This document shows, piece by piece, positions 34,924 through 49,120 of a stretch of 64,000 nt of DNA (position 1 is its first letter; the number at the start of each line of letters is the position of its first letter). The notes below the pieces were generated by a model. The model searched no databases and was not told where the DNA came from. It saw nothing but the letters and a program-made list of their open reading frames with translations. The position numbers and the translations under genes are program-made. Location of the stretch: assembly GCA_043228905.1 (NCBI GenBank), contig JBHGNT010000007.1:21886001-21950000 (forward strand), read 5' to 3'. Origin of the DNA: Azolla caroliniana (Eukaryota > Plantae > Polypodiophyta).

Positions 34924-37900
34924 GCAAGGCCAAACAAACAACATTTGTATATGGTAGGATTTTTTCCTGTAGAGGTCAGGTAGTTGTAGCTTTTCTGAAA
35001 GTCGTGCATTAGCTGATGCATCAATAAAATCTTGACTACCCTGTATTGTATCTTTGCAAATGAAAGGTTTGACACTCCCGAATGAAGATATTGACTTGTT
35101 CATTTGTAAAATTTTGTTGACAACACCTGCAAGAGGGTATATATACCAAATGGACACCTTTGAATGCATGGCCCAAACTGTTATCATTATCTGAGGCTTG
35201 CTAATTGGAGATCACCGAATTTCAACATGCTGTAATAGCTAACTTTGTGATTTGAATAGATCTGATTGTGTTCTGATCTCCTAGTTGCAAGATTTTTGCC
35301 TAGAATCCAGAATAGCTATCAAATGTGCAGGACTTTTATGTAACTTTATGCAATGGTTATGGACAGCTCTTTTTTCATGAGTAAGGTTTATATATTAAAA
35401 ATATGGTAGAGTTTATCTCTCTTTTGTTATACATGAGATGTGCATTGTGATATCTTTCATATTTACACTGTTTGATTCACTTGCATTTTGTAGTATGCAG
35501 ATAGTTGTTCATTGTAGAACGATGTGCACATGTGGAAATCATTGTTCACCATATACCCTCACTATGCCTCATCCCATACATCGTAGTTATGTACTTCATG
35601 CATGTAAAGCCATCTCAAGGATCATTATCATGGATCTATAGGAAACAGGAAAGCATTAAATTTCATCTCAGTACAGATAACCCGAAGTCCAATTTTGTAA
35701 TCGTTGATTGTCTCATAGGCTGATTTGGCCTCTAGTTGTCTCATGTGTATATTTCTATGAATCTGCTCCATTGCGTAGTCTTGTGTATGTTCTTCAAAAA
35801 GAGTAATGCAGGATTGGTTCATGAAGAATGGGATGAACTGTAGAAAGTGGAGGGTAAGGTTTGTTAGATGTTTCTTTATGTTGTGCTTCACTATGTAGGC
35901 ATATATTGGATATCTTGTTCATAGACCTTGTCACAAGGGTTTTATTTTATTATGACATTATTTTGAATGTATTGCAGGAAATTAGTTTGATGGAGAATAA
36001 CACCAGTTATTGTGAATTGAGTGCATATGCATAAATAGTTTTATGAAATTCTAATTGTTCCAAGCACAAACAATATATAGATGGGATCTTTCTATGCATT
36101 ATGCAATCATGAACATTATGGAATCAACTAAACTTTCGTACTAACTTTCCCTCTCAGTGTGCAAATCACTTGGAACTTGTGAATATACTTGAAACGTTTT
36201 GGTAGCCATGTTAATGCATCTTTGTTTTCAATGATTGTGTTGCTTATGATGATATGCAGAACGTCAGAAATATATTGAAATCCTACACAAGTAATTCTTT
36301 ACATAGATTTATAACATATATGTCATGTTTCTTTCAAATAAGATTTGTAGTATCACATTCGTGGCAACTCTCATCCTCCCAAAGAACCTACATCACCGTC
36401 ATGTTTACAAACATCTCATTGATTCATGTCATATGTCCTCATATGAATTTGATCGTAACAAATGTTAAAACATACATACCACTAGAACCAATAAAAAAGT
36501 AGAAAATAAAATAACATCGATGTAATTCTTCGTGAATATCTTCATTTCATTCTGTAGTTTTGCATGTCTTGGAAACTTATGAAAAAAGTTAACCAAACAC
36601 ATTTCCTAACAAGTGGCACCAAATGTCAAGTTAATTAACAATCTAACCTACTTAATGTATGACATGACTTTACCTCGTCAATTCAATGTTACATGGATTA
36701 GGTGGGCCAACGTTGAAGAGAGCATGTCAACCAATCTCAAGGATGCCAATGGGCCCACTCGGCAGACCATCTTTGTAATCATGCCCTTAAACTCAATTAA
36801 ACAATGAAGAACACCCTATGGAAAAGACTAAAAACCTAAGATTTAAGCCATGGTAAAAAATGTGAGCTGTAGCTTAACAAAACCTAAGGTTGGTGCTATG
36901 GAAACAATGACAACTAAGGCTTTAAGAGGGAGGGGGAGAAAGACGAAAGCTCGAACCAAAGATGATTAAGCGAAGGAGTAAAATGCATATAATTTTTCCT
37001 TTGTACTTCTTTTAAATTTTAGTATTTGCATCTTTGTTACATGGCATTATCTTAAGTTTTGTGTGGGTCTCCTCATTCTAGTTACCTTGGGCCAACATTA
37101 GTGTCACATGACAAGGTTTTCAACATCAAGTGACCCATAGATTCTTTACACAACATCCTGAAATGCAACTAAAACTCGAGAAAGACAATTACAATTGGCT
37201 TTATTCAAGTTTTTCAAAGGCGATTATAGAAATCATGTACCAAAAACAAATTATAAGAGGATATTAATCCTAGGAACAAGAGGTTATAGCCAAAATGATA
37301 GAGATTGTGCTCATTTTAACTTTACAAGAGGATAAAATAATGAGCATGATTATATTGTAGTTCCTTTCCTGAAAAGCCCGCTCTAAAATTTTGCATTCGG
37401 TCTTTCAGATTTGTTATTTAGAACTTTCATCTCCATTTGAGCCTTTATTATACAAGGCTATTCGAGAACCATTACATGGAACAAAAAGTATCGATCTATG
37501 GACACATCTCATCACCATAATATTTGAGCAAGCTCCAATTAGTTCTCGAGTTGCTTTAGTTTTTATTCGGATTTTTATCCACACATGATTGGCACTGATC
37601 GGACATTGTCCCTTGTGGTAGAATTCAATACCAATGCTATTGAACTAAATATTCGTTGATATCCACAAGTTTTGATCAAGGTCTTTGTCATAGCTCTAAT
37701 GGTTGTCCATATAATCTCCTTCAACCTCTAACCCTTTCTTTCGTGGAAACATTCATTGGCTTTATACCTTCCTCACTCAAATGTCTTTTCCTTCATGAGG
37801 CCAATGGTAAGCTCATGGAACTCCTATGCAATACCCAAGTCTTCCCTTACCACGAACTCAACATGCTTGATCCTGACACACAACTTATATGTTGGCTTGA

Positions 37901-38354
37901 TTTTCCCTCCTCATCCCTTCCCTATGTGGTATCCCAATATGCCTCTTACCTCCATTTCTTCCTACGTTTCTCATGCTTCAATTCCACTTTGGAAAGAAAA
38001 TGATACCACATGGACGAAGAAAACTACCTCAATTGTCTTTTGTATGCCTCTTTGTTGCATCTCCTTATTATCTACCTTAAGGAGCACTTTCACATCAGGG
38101 TTCTCCAAATGTGTTAACATCTTGACAATCAAGTTGTGATGTTTGTCCCCAAAACAAAATTACAACTTGAGGAAATGAACACAAATCTTAGAATAAGAGA
38201 ATTAGAGTTGGCCCAAATTCAAGGACTTTGAACGGAATGATAAAATTCCTCAACCTAGAAGATAATAGAATGTTAACCCTTGAAATAAAAGGTTGTAGCC
38301 ATGATTCTAGAATTAGCAATCCATATTCTACAAGAGGATAGAATGACTAGGAGA

Positions 38355-38495
38355 AATATGAATTGACATTGAAATAGATCATCTTTGGTCGATAAAGATG
38401 ATTAGTAGATTATAAATTGATGTTGAAAGAGATAATCTTTGGTCGAGAAAGATGATTAGTACAATGTGAATTGACGTTGAAAGAGAGAACTTTTT
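38355..38495. repeat. Degenerate tandem repeat (~55 bp x2.5)
   Basis: aattga..ttgaaa.aga..atctttggtcga.aaagatgattagta repeated. Confidence 0.65.
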
Positions 38496-38999
38496 GTTAG
38501 AGCACTGACTCTTTTTTACACCGACAAGGCTAATCCCGAAGGGTAGCTCATTGATATGGTGGTCCTTGACCTCACAATGATGAGATAAATTAATGTAGTT
38601 CTAATTGAACTTTAAAAAGACCAACAAAGATTGGATGACAAAAATAGTTTCAAGATAATGATGTATTTTTAAACACTTTAATCAAGAGTATTATTGTTCC
38701 TGGATTTTCCTTTTTTTTCAAAGTGATGAAGACTAAGCAAATGTGATCTCATTCTTCTGGTTTGTATCCAAGCTAAAGTTATGCCTTTGTCCCAATAAAG
38801 ATCAAGCTTTCGTCCTCTTTTAGAGAGTCATCTGCATGAACTTTGACACTTTTTGGCAATCTAGTTGACTCGAGGCCTACAAAAGTACACTCTAGGGTTC
38901 AAAAATTGAATATAAAAACATCTCTCTTTTTTCCCTTTTGCAAATAGTGGAAATGACAATTTTTGTCCCATGTAAACAACATCAATAAGAGATCAAAGA

Positions 39000-41900
39000 T
39001 GTTAGGAATATGTCCCTCCTATGGGAGTAGCCGATTGATCGGGCCGAATGCCGATAGTCAAAGACATGGAGAGTCGACTTGGGGAGTCAACAGTAGGAGA
39101 GTCCAAGTCGAAGACACAACCAACTAGTCGGGCCGATCGGATGGTCGAAGATAAGGCCGACTAATCGATCTGTCGGCTGAATAACTACTATTGTTATAAT
39201 AGGAATGATAGTAGCAATAACTACATTTGTAAATAACCCATATAGTGTATAAGTATAAATACACTTAGGGAAAATAGAGATTGTAAGTAGAATAGAATAG
39301 TTGTGAGCCTCTCTAGTAGAGCGCGATAGAGAAGGGAGAGTGTGTGAGTGTGAGTGAGTGACGCCATAGCTGTGTGAGCTTCGACATCAAGAGCACCGTG
39401 AAGCTGTTACTCTCTGTGGCAAGAGAGTGTTGTAATCTCATCGTCTTGTATATCCATTGTATAGTGAAGATCTGTTCTCCTATTGTTTTTCCCCGTTTAG
39501 GGTTTCCACGTAAAACTGTGTATTCTGTGTATTTGGTGTCTTTCAGTTTTTTTTCCGCGATATTGTCAATTACATAGTTGTTCTTTCTTAGAATAAAAGG
39601 GACTGAAACCCTGCAAACTGGTATCAGAGCATCGAGGTTGAAGATGGAAGGAGGTGTGAGCGGCTTCCCAAGCATGATAGTTCTAAACTCTCAGAACTAT
39701 GCGGATTGGAAGATAAAGATGGAGGACCTTCTTATAGTGAAAGACTTGTACGAGCCAATTGACAGAGCAAAAATACCCACGGGGGTATTAGAGTCGGAAT
39801 GGAAGCTTCTTAACAGAAAGGCGATGGATACCATCCGACAGTGCGTCCATGTAAGTGTCCTCCAACATGTGACGAACGATACAAATGCCTACGAGATGTG
39901 GCAGAAGCTATCGTGCTTATATGAGGGGAAGAAAGCCCTAAACAAAACATCTTTGATGAGAAAGATTGTGAGGCGAAAATACAAGGACGAGGAAAGCATA
40001 GTCGAACAAGTAAGCACATTTATGGGGTATGTGAACCAACTTGCGACAACTAAGTTTCCCCTTGAAGATGCAATGCATGCCATCCTGCTATTGGGCACCT
40101 TGCCGGACAACTGGGAGAATCTAGTGGTGACTCTCAGTACCTCGTGTCAGGAAGAGAACTTGTCTCTACAAGTGGTAAAAACAAGCATCTTGAACGAGGG
40201 GACGAGAAGGAAGGACAAGAGTGTCCTGGTCTAGTTGAAGTCAAATCTGACTCAACTTTTCGGCAGAGAAGTCCACCAAGGAGAGAAAAGTCCCATGCCA
40301 GATCCAAGTCTAGAGGTAAGCTAACATGCTTTTATTGTGGAAAGCTTGGACACTTTAAGAAGGATTGCCGAAGGACAAGAGCGTGGGAAATAATGTCGAA
40401 CCCAGGAAGATTCTTGAAGAAAAGGGCACATCAGCCGTAGCTACAAGTGTAGAGGAAATTTTGTTCATTTGTGAGCAGGCAAGCACAAATCTTGCAAGTG
40501 AAGAGTGCACTTGGGTAATCGACTCGGGTGCATCATTTCACATAACTCCGTCGAGAGAGTGTTTTTCGACTTACATAGCCGGGGATCATGGTTGTGTAAA
40601 GATGGGAGATTATGGAGAGTGCAAGATAGCCGACATTGGAAGCGTGTGCCTGACAACATCGACTGGTTGTTGATTGATTCTGAGGGAAGGTCGACAAGTC
40701 CCCGATATAAGATTGAATCTGATATCGACTGGAAGTTTGAATGACGAAGGCTACAATGGTAGCTTCCGAAACGACAAGTGAAAGTTTTGTTGTGGCAACC
40801 TCATAGTGGTAAGAGCACATAAAGAAGGCACACTGTATATGATGCATGCCCGGCTGTGCAAGTCGGAGGTGAATGTGGCAGCCGACTCGAGTGGAGAGTT
40901 ATGGCATAAGAGGCTTGACCACGTGAGTGAAAAAGGAATGCACATCCTGGCCGACTAGGAGCTTCTCCTAGAAGAGAAAGGAGTAAACTTGGAGAAGTGT
41001 GTCGACTACTTAGTCGGAAAGCAGAACAGGGTAGCATTCCACACAAGACAACCAAGAAGAAGAGAGGTTGCATTGGAACTAGTGCACGTAGATGTGTGCT
41101 ATGTAGATGCTCCATCACATTGAGGTGGACAGTACTTCGTGACATTTATTGACGACCATAGTCGGAAGACGTGGGTCTTCGTACAGACGACAAAGGATCA
41201 GGTACTGTCAATGTTCAAGGAGTTCCAGGAAAGGACCGAACGAGAGTCGGGTCGGAAACTGAAGGCTGCCCGAACCGACAATGGTGGCGAATATAAAGGG
41301 CAGTTTGAGGAATACTGTAAGCCACAAGGTATTCGAATCAAATATATTGTACCAAAGACCCCTGAGTTGATAAAAGATGTCTTCGACCGACACTTGAGGG
41401 TGTTTGGATGTTTAGTATATATGCATGTGGCTAAGGATCAGAGGTCGAAGCTCGACAGTAAGTCGAAACCATGCATAGTCATGGGATACTCGAAGGACGA
41501 GTTCAGCTATAGGCTGTGGGACCTAGTCGACAAGAAGGTAGTGAGGAGTCGGGATGTAGTCTTCTTGGAAGACAAGACAATAGAGGACTGGAAGCAACAG
41601 AAGTATGAATCAACTTCCCAATCTACTCCCACTACTACCGACTTAAGGAGAAGTGAACTGACACAGTCGGCTGTTTGGAGATAGCCAGTCGGCACAACTG
41701 AATCCGAGTCGGTGGACTCAGAGCAACTGACAAATACAAATGAGTCAGAGTCGGCAGATCTATTGAAGTCGCTCAAGGACTACGAGTTGGAATCGACTAA
41801 ACCCCAATGACCGATCGGCACATATGAATCCGAGCTAAGAGTAGAGTCGACAGAGACATCCAAACTTGAGTCGACAACGAGTGGAAGGAGATACCCACTC

Positions 41901-44596
41901 AGAGAAAGGAGATCATTGATGGCATATGCCAGTCAATACATCCTCTTGACTGATGATGGTGAGCCGGAGTGCTATGAAGAATCCATAGCTAATGAGCATA
42001 AGGAGAAATGACTGAGCGCGATGCAAGATGAAATGAACTCCTTGCATGAGAACTACACCTATGACCTGGTAGAACTACAAAAAGGTAAAAGAGCACTTAG
42101 AAACAAATGGGTCTACAAGGTGAAGACTGGAGAAGTCGACAACACACCCAGATTTAAAGCCTGCATTGTGATGAAGGGGTTCCAATAGAAAAAAGGTGTC
42201 GACTTCGATGAAATATTCGCACCAGTCGTGAAGATAACATCCATCCGAACTGTTCCGAGCATTGTTGTGAGTATGGACTTGGAAATCGAACAGTTGGATA
42301 TCAAGACAACATTCTTGCATGGGGAGCTGGATGAAGAGATCTATATGCCACAACCCAAGGGGTTTGTGGAGAAAGGGAAAGAGAGCCCGGTGTGTCGACT
42401 GAAGAAAAGCTTGTATGGGTTGAAACAAACTCCACGCCAATGGTACAAGAAGTTTGAGTCCTTCATGGTGGAACATAGGTTCCAGAAAACACATGTTGAT
42501 CATTGTGTGTTCTTCAAAAGATACGATGAAGGTGACTTCTTAATTCTCTTGCTATATGTGGATGACATGTTGATAGTCGGACAAGACACGAAGAAGATCG
42601 TGAGCTTGAAGAAAGCATTGGGCAAGTCGTTTTCCATGAAAGATCTTGGACCGGCAAAACGGATCTTAGGGATGCACATAGTTCGGGAGAGAACTAAGAA
42701 AGTGTTGTGTCTGTCACAGGAGAAGTATGTGACAAGGATCTTGGTGAGGTTTAACATGTTAGATGCAAAGCCAGACGGCTCTGTGTTGCCAACCAACCGC
42801 AACCTGAATGCCAAGCAATGCCCAAGAGGAGAGAAATAGAAGGCTGAGATGAAGAAAGTATCATATGCCTCAACCGTCGACAATTTAATGTATGCTATGG
42901 TATGTACGAGGCCAGACATAGCATTTATTGTGGGAGTAGTAAGCCAATACATGAGTAATCTAGGCAGAGAACACTATGCAACTGTAAAATGGATACTCCA
43001 GTACTTAAAAGGCACCTCGGGTGTGTGCCTTAGGTAAGGTGTTGGAAAACCCATGCTCGAGGGTTTTACCGACTCAGACATGTCGGGGGATGCAGACTCA
43101 AGTCGATCCACTTTAGGGTACATGATGACCTATGAAGGGGGAGCAGTGTCGTGGCAGTCACGACTGCAGAATTTTGCGTACCATTCCCGAACCAAGCACA
43201 TACAGAGAAGGTATCACTGGTTGCGGGAGAAAGTGGTGTTATCCATGGGACAAAAAGGATACAATGTGAAACGAATCTAAGGATACGAGTAGGTAAAGTA
43301 GGTGAAAAATGACAATTGAGAATGAGGAAGCTAATGGAATACATGCAACCCAGAATGAAGGCCGAGAAGAAAGGATTGACTGAAGTGCGCCGAGAGGGAA
43401 GCTATAAAACGAGGAGCAGAATCACTAGAAAGGGGGGAGAAGATGAATAGAGGGAGAGTTATACCCTAGTGTAGAGAGGATTACGGTTATCTGTTTGATT
43501 GTATGAGAATAGAACTCCGGTCGTGAGCAGTGTAACTTTTGCATCTGAATCTATTAATACATCTATCTTTGTGGGTCAAATCTGTTCAAGAATCTATTTG
43601 TGTTATTTGGATTTGGTATCCTAATTTCAAGTAAAATTTACAGGGCCGGTTGTAGCCAACTGTTTTCGTAATCAACTAGCGGTGCAATCCCGGGTTTCTT
43701 GTCCACCACTACATACCACGACCCCTTGACCCGATTACCTTAGAAGTAATCGAAGGTGTTATCTCGGAGTAGAGATAACAAGTGGAAGAAGAAGATTTTA
43801 CCGTGGTAAAGATCCATACTAACAACAATGGATCCGACATGCTGACAAAGAACCTATCGATGGACAGACTTAGAGTCTGTCGACCGAGGACAAAACTGAC
43901 CGATTCCACCCATAGGAGTGAAGGGGGAGTTTATTAGGAATATGTCCCTCCTATGGGAGCAGTTGACTGATCGGGCCGAGTGCCGATAGTCAAAGACATG
44001 GAGAGTCGACTTGGGGAGTCGACAGTAGGAGAGTCCAAGTCGAAGACACAACCAACTAGTCAGGCCGACCGGATGGTCGAAGATAAGGCCGACTAGTCAG
44101 GCCGACTAGACAGTCGACACTGGAGTCAACTAGTCGAATCGACTAGTTGATATGTCGGCTGAATAACTACTATTGTTATAATAGGAATGACAGTAGTAGT
44201 GGCTACGTTTGTAAATAACCCATACAGTGTATGAGTATAAATACACTTAGGGCAAACAAAGATTGTAAGTAGAACAAAATAGTTGTGAGCCTCTGTAGTA
44301 GAGTGCGATAGAGAAGGGAGAGTGTGTGAGTGTGAGTGAGTGACGCCATAGCTGTGTGAGCTTAGACATCAAGAGCATTGTGAGTCTGTTACTCTCTGTG
44401 GCAAGAGAGTGTTGTAATCTTGTCGTCTTGTATATCCACTGTATAGTGAAGATCTGGTCTCCTGTGGGTTTTCCATGTTTAGGGTTTCCACGTAAAACTG
44501 TGTATTCTGTGTATTTGGTGTGTTTTTATTTTTTTCCGCGATATTGTCAATTACATAGTTGGCCTTTCTCAGAATAGAAGGGATCGAAACCTTGCA
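39000..44596 (+). mobile_element. Ty1/copia LTR retrotransposon, decayed
   Basis: Diverged LTRs at 39000-39615 and 43932-44596 (49-bp length difference); TSD AAAGA; PBS TGGTATCAGAGC at 39619-39630; PPT GAAGGGGGAG. Broken gag (CFYCGKLGHFKKDC), protease (WVIDSGASFH), integrase (FIDDHSRK, RTDNGGEY), RT (YVDDMLI) and RNase H (GFTDSD). Confidence 0.95.
43237..43780. mobile_element. Solo LTR nested in the copia RNase H region
   Basis: TGTTATC..GATAACA termini; 5-bp TSD AGTGG at 43232-43236 and 43781-43785; copia coding sequence resumes after it. Confidence 0.85.
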
Positions 44597-44987
44597 AAAG
44601 ACTGGCATGTGTGTGTACAATAGGTACTAGATATATACCTTTTGTTGGATTCATGCTACACTTTAACTCTTGTTGGAGTTTAAACTTGCAAGTGGTTGTG
44701 CTATATGTAGTCTTATCAAATTTCCCCATGTTTCTTCAACATCTTCATGTCCTATACGTAATCGAGCATGTAGTCATGCATGAATTCACAAGATAATACA
44801 TGACCCCACTGGCATCTTGTTCACATCCGTCATCGTCTATGCATGTTTTGTAAGGTATGTTGTTAAGTCTGCCTTCAATGTGACCACAACATATTGTATT
44901 TCCAAGATGCAAAGTTATGCTCATCAAGATTCTCATTTGGGTGTTTCCTCATTTAGTCTTCCTTCAGTACTCATAACACATAAAACA

Positions 44988-45582
44988 TGTTAGGAATGTG
45001 TCCCTCATGTGGGAGGAGCTGATTGTTCGACCCGACAGTCGAAGACAAGGAGTAGCCAACTGGTTGGGCTGAGAGTCGACAGTAGATGATCGAAGTTGAA
45101 GACATGACCGACTAGTCGGGCTGACTGGATAGTTGACTTAGGAGTCGGGTAGTCGAATCGACTAGTCGACCAGTCGGTTGATTAACTGCTACTGTTGTTA
45201 CTATAATAATAGTAGTAGTAGTAATAGGGACTACATTTATAAATAGCTCATAATGTGTATAAGTATAAATACACCTAGGGCAAACATTATGTTGAGGATG
45301 TAGAATAAAGTTTCTATAGTAGAACAGAAGTAATGTACAGAGCATAACCGAGAGAGAAGATAGAGTGTGAGCGGCGCCATAGCTGAGAGGAGGTAGACAC
45401 CAAGAACCCTGTGTGTGGCTGATACACTCTGTATAGATAGTGTTGTAACCTATTTTTTTCTTTCATTGTATCTTTGTTGTATAATGGAAGATTTGTTTTC
45501 CCGTGGTTTCCCCCTTAGGGTTTCCACGTAAAACCTGCGTACTCCGTCCGTGTATTCGCTGTTTTCGCGTTCTGTCTGTACA
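44988..45582 (+). mobile_element. LTR (probably solo) of a related copia family
   Basis: Starts TGTTAGGAATGTGTCCCTC; shares gtcgac-rich repeats, TATAAATACAC, gccatagctg and ttagggtttccacgtaaaac with the neighbouring copia LTRs. The 3' end and TSD are not resolved. Confidence 0.7.
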
Positions 45583-46434
45583 TGACACTGAGACAATGGG
45601 TGTTTGCACAATTTATACACGTTGATCCAAAATCAGAGATGGAGATCGTTATTTTATTTTTGAGATATTGGGGGTTGCGTCATAATTTGAACATGCGCAA
45701 CGCTTTTGCATTCGATGGTAGACATGGAGTGAAATCATATCTACGAAAGTTGAAGGGAGCACTAATGTGGCAATTTTCTTTATTGGAGCAAGTGGAAATT
45801 CTTTCCTCAGTGGAGTGTTCGTCTTACCTATTGGCAATTCAACATGTTCTACTACCCATGTAGTGTTGTTAGTGGGTAACCATACTCCATTGTCACACCC
45901 ATTGTAAGTAGTGTTTTTTACACACATTTATTAATATAATTGTGTGTTTAGAGAGAGAGAGTTGTCACCATTAGTGGTGACTATACTCTATTCTAGTGCT
46001 TGTAGTGCCATTGTTGTGTTTTCCACACACATTTATTAATATAATTGTCTGTATTCACCTAGACATAGAGAGAATTTAGGCATTAAAGACAATGAGCTTA
46101 GCAAATAAATTGGGAAGATTACAATGAGAAGAATACTCCTGATAAAGTGCTAATATTAGCTATATTCAACACTTAGGGCTTGGTGTATATAGAACTTCAA
46201 TACAAGTACACATAGAATTTAAGATCAAAACAATAATGATGGGAGCGTGAGTGCGATAACAAAATAGTAAAGATCAAGATGGCTCTCCAAAAAATGTGAT
46301 GGCATCTCTCCATCAACACACACACACATGCACGCACACACTCACATTCATGCCCAACTATGTATTTTCATTCACTATATGTGTTGTTGATCTTGCCATC
46401 TCAACAAGAAATACATCAACAATATGACGAAAAG

Positions 46435-46597
46435 TAAAGATAATTACATTTCGCACATCCTCAAGTTGCATTCTCTCATAAAGCTTGAGAGCTTCATCAC
46501 CATTTCCATTCTCAACATATCTTGATATTAACGCATTCCATCTTACTATGTTTTGAGCTGGAAGGTTGTCGAATACTTCTTGTGCTAGAGAGATTGG
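46435..46597 (-). pseudogene. Orphan PLS-class pentatricopeptide repeat fragment
   Basis: Hand translation ISLAQEVFDNLPAQNIVRWNALISRYVENGNGDEALKLYERMQLEDVRNVI fits S/P-type PPR motifs; no start codon or flanking motifs seen. Confidence 0.75.
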
Positions 46598-47638
46598 ACT
46601 ATTGAACTATTTTTGTATATTGCCTTTGGCCACTTCAATTTTAATACAAATGGAGAATTTTTTCCATGGAAAAAAAAACAATATGATGAAAGGAGTGATG
46701 TAATACAATGTGGTGATGCATAAGATGAGTACCACTTATTATCTACAAACTAATAGGTTGAGAATCTCTATAAATTGGAAAATCGTGGAATGTAGTCGAA
46801 TGGATTGGGATCATAACTCAAAATCCACATGCATATCGTACAACATTCAAAACTTGTATAAATGTGATCCCTTTTTATTAGCCTTACTAGAAGCATTTAA
46901 AAAGTGGAGAGTTTGCAAACAAAGCCAACTCAATCCAAGATTGGAAAACAATTTTAGTATGTAACTAACTTGGGGACAAAATAAGAGTTTAGACAAACTA
47001 GAACAATCGCAACAATGAAAACCATTTGTCGATCAACAACCACTGACATTGGGAAGAGTTCCCAACATGATCCAAATTAATCTTTCATAATCTACAAACC
47101 AAATGGGTTAACCCAAACTAGATCATTAAGGAAATTGGTGATGACACATACCAACCAAGCAGTGTTGCCTTTTGACGGCCGTTTTGAACGTTTTTGGCAA
47201 ATTTAACCGTATATGAAAGTTAATTTTAAAATGAAACCGTCAATCTTAACGGGCATATGTTTTATGAAAACGTAAAAATGAAGGCTTAAAATTTCATAAT
47301 ACCGTCAAATTTTACTAAGACCAATACTATAGTAGTATAGTCCTAGGTAGTAGGAACAAATTGTTCAAGTTGCATTGGGAGTGTAGGAATTTGAAAGGCT
47401 CACATATGTCACTAATAACTATGTGTGTAACAAAAAGGTAAAAAAACTAATAGAGTCTAAATTATGAATCTTTACTTCCCTTTTCCCCCCTTTTCCCCCA
47501 TTTTCCCCCATTTTCCCCCATTTTCCCTGTTTGTTCGTTGCTCCCTCAGCCCTGCACCTTGCTGGAAGCTTGTTGCTCGTTGCCAGCTACTCATAGATTC
47601 AACATCTCCTGCAGCAGTCCTCCTCAACCATCTAAGGT

Positions 47639-47685
<47 letters not shown>

Positions 47686-48405
47686 ATCCATTTTTGCTGC
47701 TAGTCTTTCCAGAATGACTGATATCATCTGAATAGTTGTGATTATTCATTCCTGTCTTATATGGTTGTGATATGTGCATCACTCGTAGACCTGAACACTG
47801 CCAAACAAAAATTCCAAGAAGCGATTCAAGTCACCATTATATGTAGATGGATCCGGAGGCTTTTATATTTCAATTTATGACTTTGACAACCAGCCTTCTC
47901 AGTGGATGGATACTATCTTTCTGCTTGTCTGAAATCAAAGTTAAGAAACTGATCTCTCGTCTTGCAGTTAGAAGACAGAATGTGCACGTTGGTCTACAGT
48001 TTTCTAATTGCACCCAATCTTCATTTTTTTGGACATACTTGGCCAATTTCTTGTATCTTCCTTTCAATTCTGTTTTCACTTTGTTCAGGTGCTTGTGCTA
48101 CCTCTACTTCCTTTTGCTCTTCTACAAAAATGGCTGGAGATTTTGCATTACTCAAATAGTTTTGTGATTGTCATTACTCAAATAGTCACTTAAAAACTAA
48201 CTGAAACAAGAGGGGGGAACATAACATTTGCACTGAAAAAGAAACAACAAAATGTACTGACCTCTTCCACAACGGAAGCAAAGTCTTAGATAACAAAAAC
48301 ACAATCTCCATGATTAAATAAACATTAGTACCTCATAGGTTTCATTCAACTCTCTGCAGAGGATGACACTCCACCAAATTGCAACCAAAAGTTCTCTACT
48401 TGATT

Positions 48406-49120
48406 TCAGCCCTCTGTAGTGGAAGAGACCACGCCAGATGCAACAGACACATTACTTGAATCCAAACCACCAGTACTAACACCACCTTTCCCCTCACCTT
48501 GATTGTATACATGCTGAGCAGTGCCTTGAGAATGGTCATCATAAGTGTTTCCATAGCTTGTCGAGTTTCCATAGCCTTGTTGAGCTGAGGTAGGGTGAGC
48601 ATAACCAGATTGTGGTGGAGGAATAGACCCTTGAATAGCATAGTTTGGTGGGGGTTGTATTGGCCCCTGACTACCATATAATGTACTTGATCCTGGTTGT
48701 GAAGCTCCATAGCTAGAAGGTTGTTGGCCATAACTACTTGGTTGTCCATAATTAGTTGGCAACGACCCTTGAGTACCATATCCTTGAGTATTATATCCAG
48801 ATTGAAGTTGTCCATAACCACCTTGAGAAGAACCACCAGATCCTGTTGAATCCTCTTGAGGGGGATACCCTGGTTGAAAGGAACCCCCTTGCCCATAGGT
48901 TGGAGCAGATTCTTGTTGGTTATAGCTCGTGAGTTGATGTTGACCATACCCAACTTGTTGACTTGTTTGGCCATATTGATTAAAACCTGGTTGTTTAGCA
49001 GCTTCTTGATTAGGCACTGGCTGGAGATTTTGCTCTTCCGGTTGATTTTTCTTCTCCAGTTTTTGAAGTATGTTGGTTTCCCCTACTTCCTTTTGCTCTT
49101 CTATACCCTTTGATTTCTCC
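48406..49120 (-). other. Cargo gene fragment inside hAT: Gln/Gly/Ser/Tyr-rich low-complexity coding exon with stop and probable 3' UTR
   Basis: Open frame of >200 aa with many YGQ/SYG/GYG repeats; no in-frame ATG; unrelated to the transposase. Confidence 0.7.

Noticed and set aside
48396-48974. 192-aa ATG-initiated ORF overlapping the hAT cargo
   Set aside because: The M/V/L/N/K-rich composition is the expected shifted-frame shadow of the YGQ-repeat frame.
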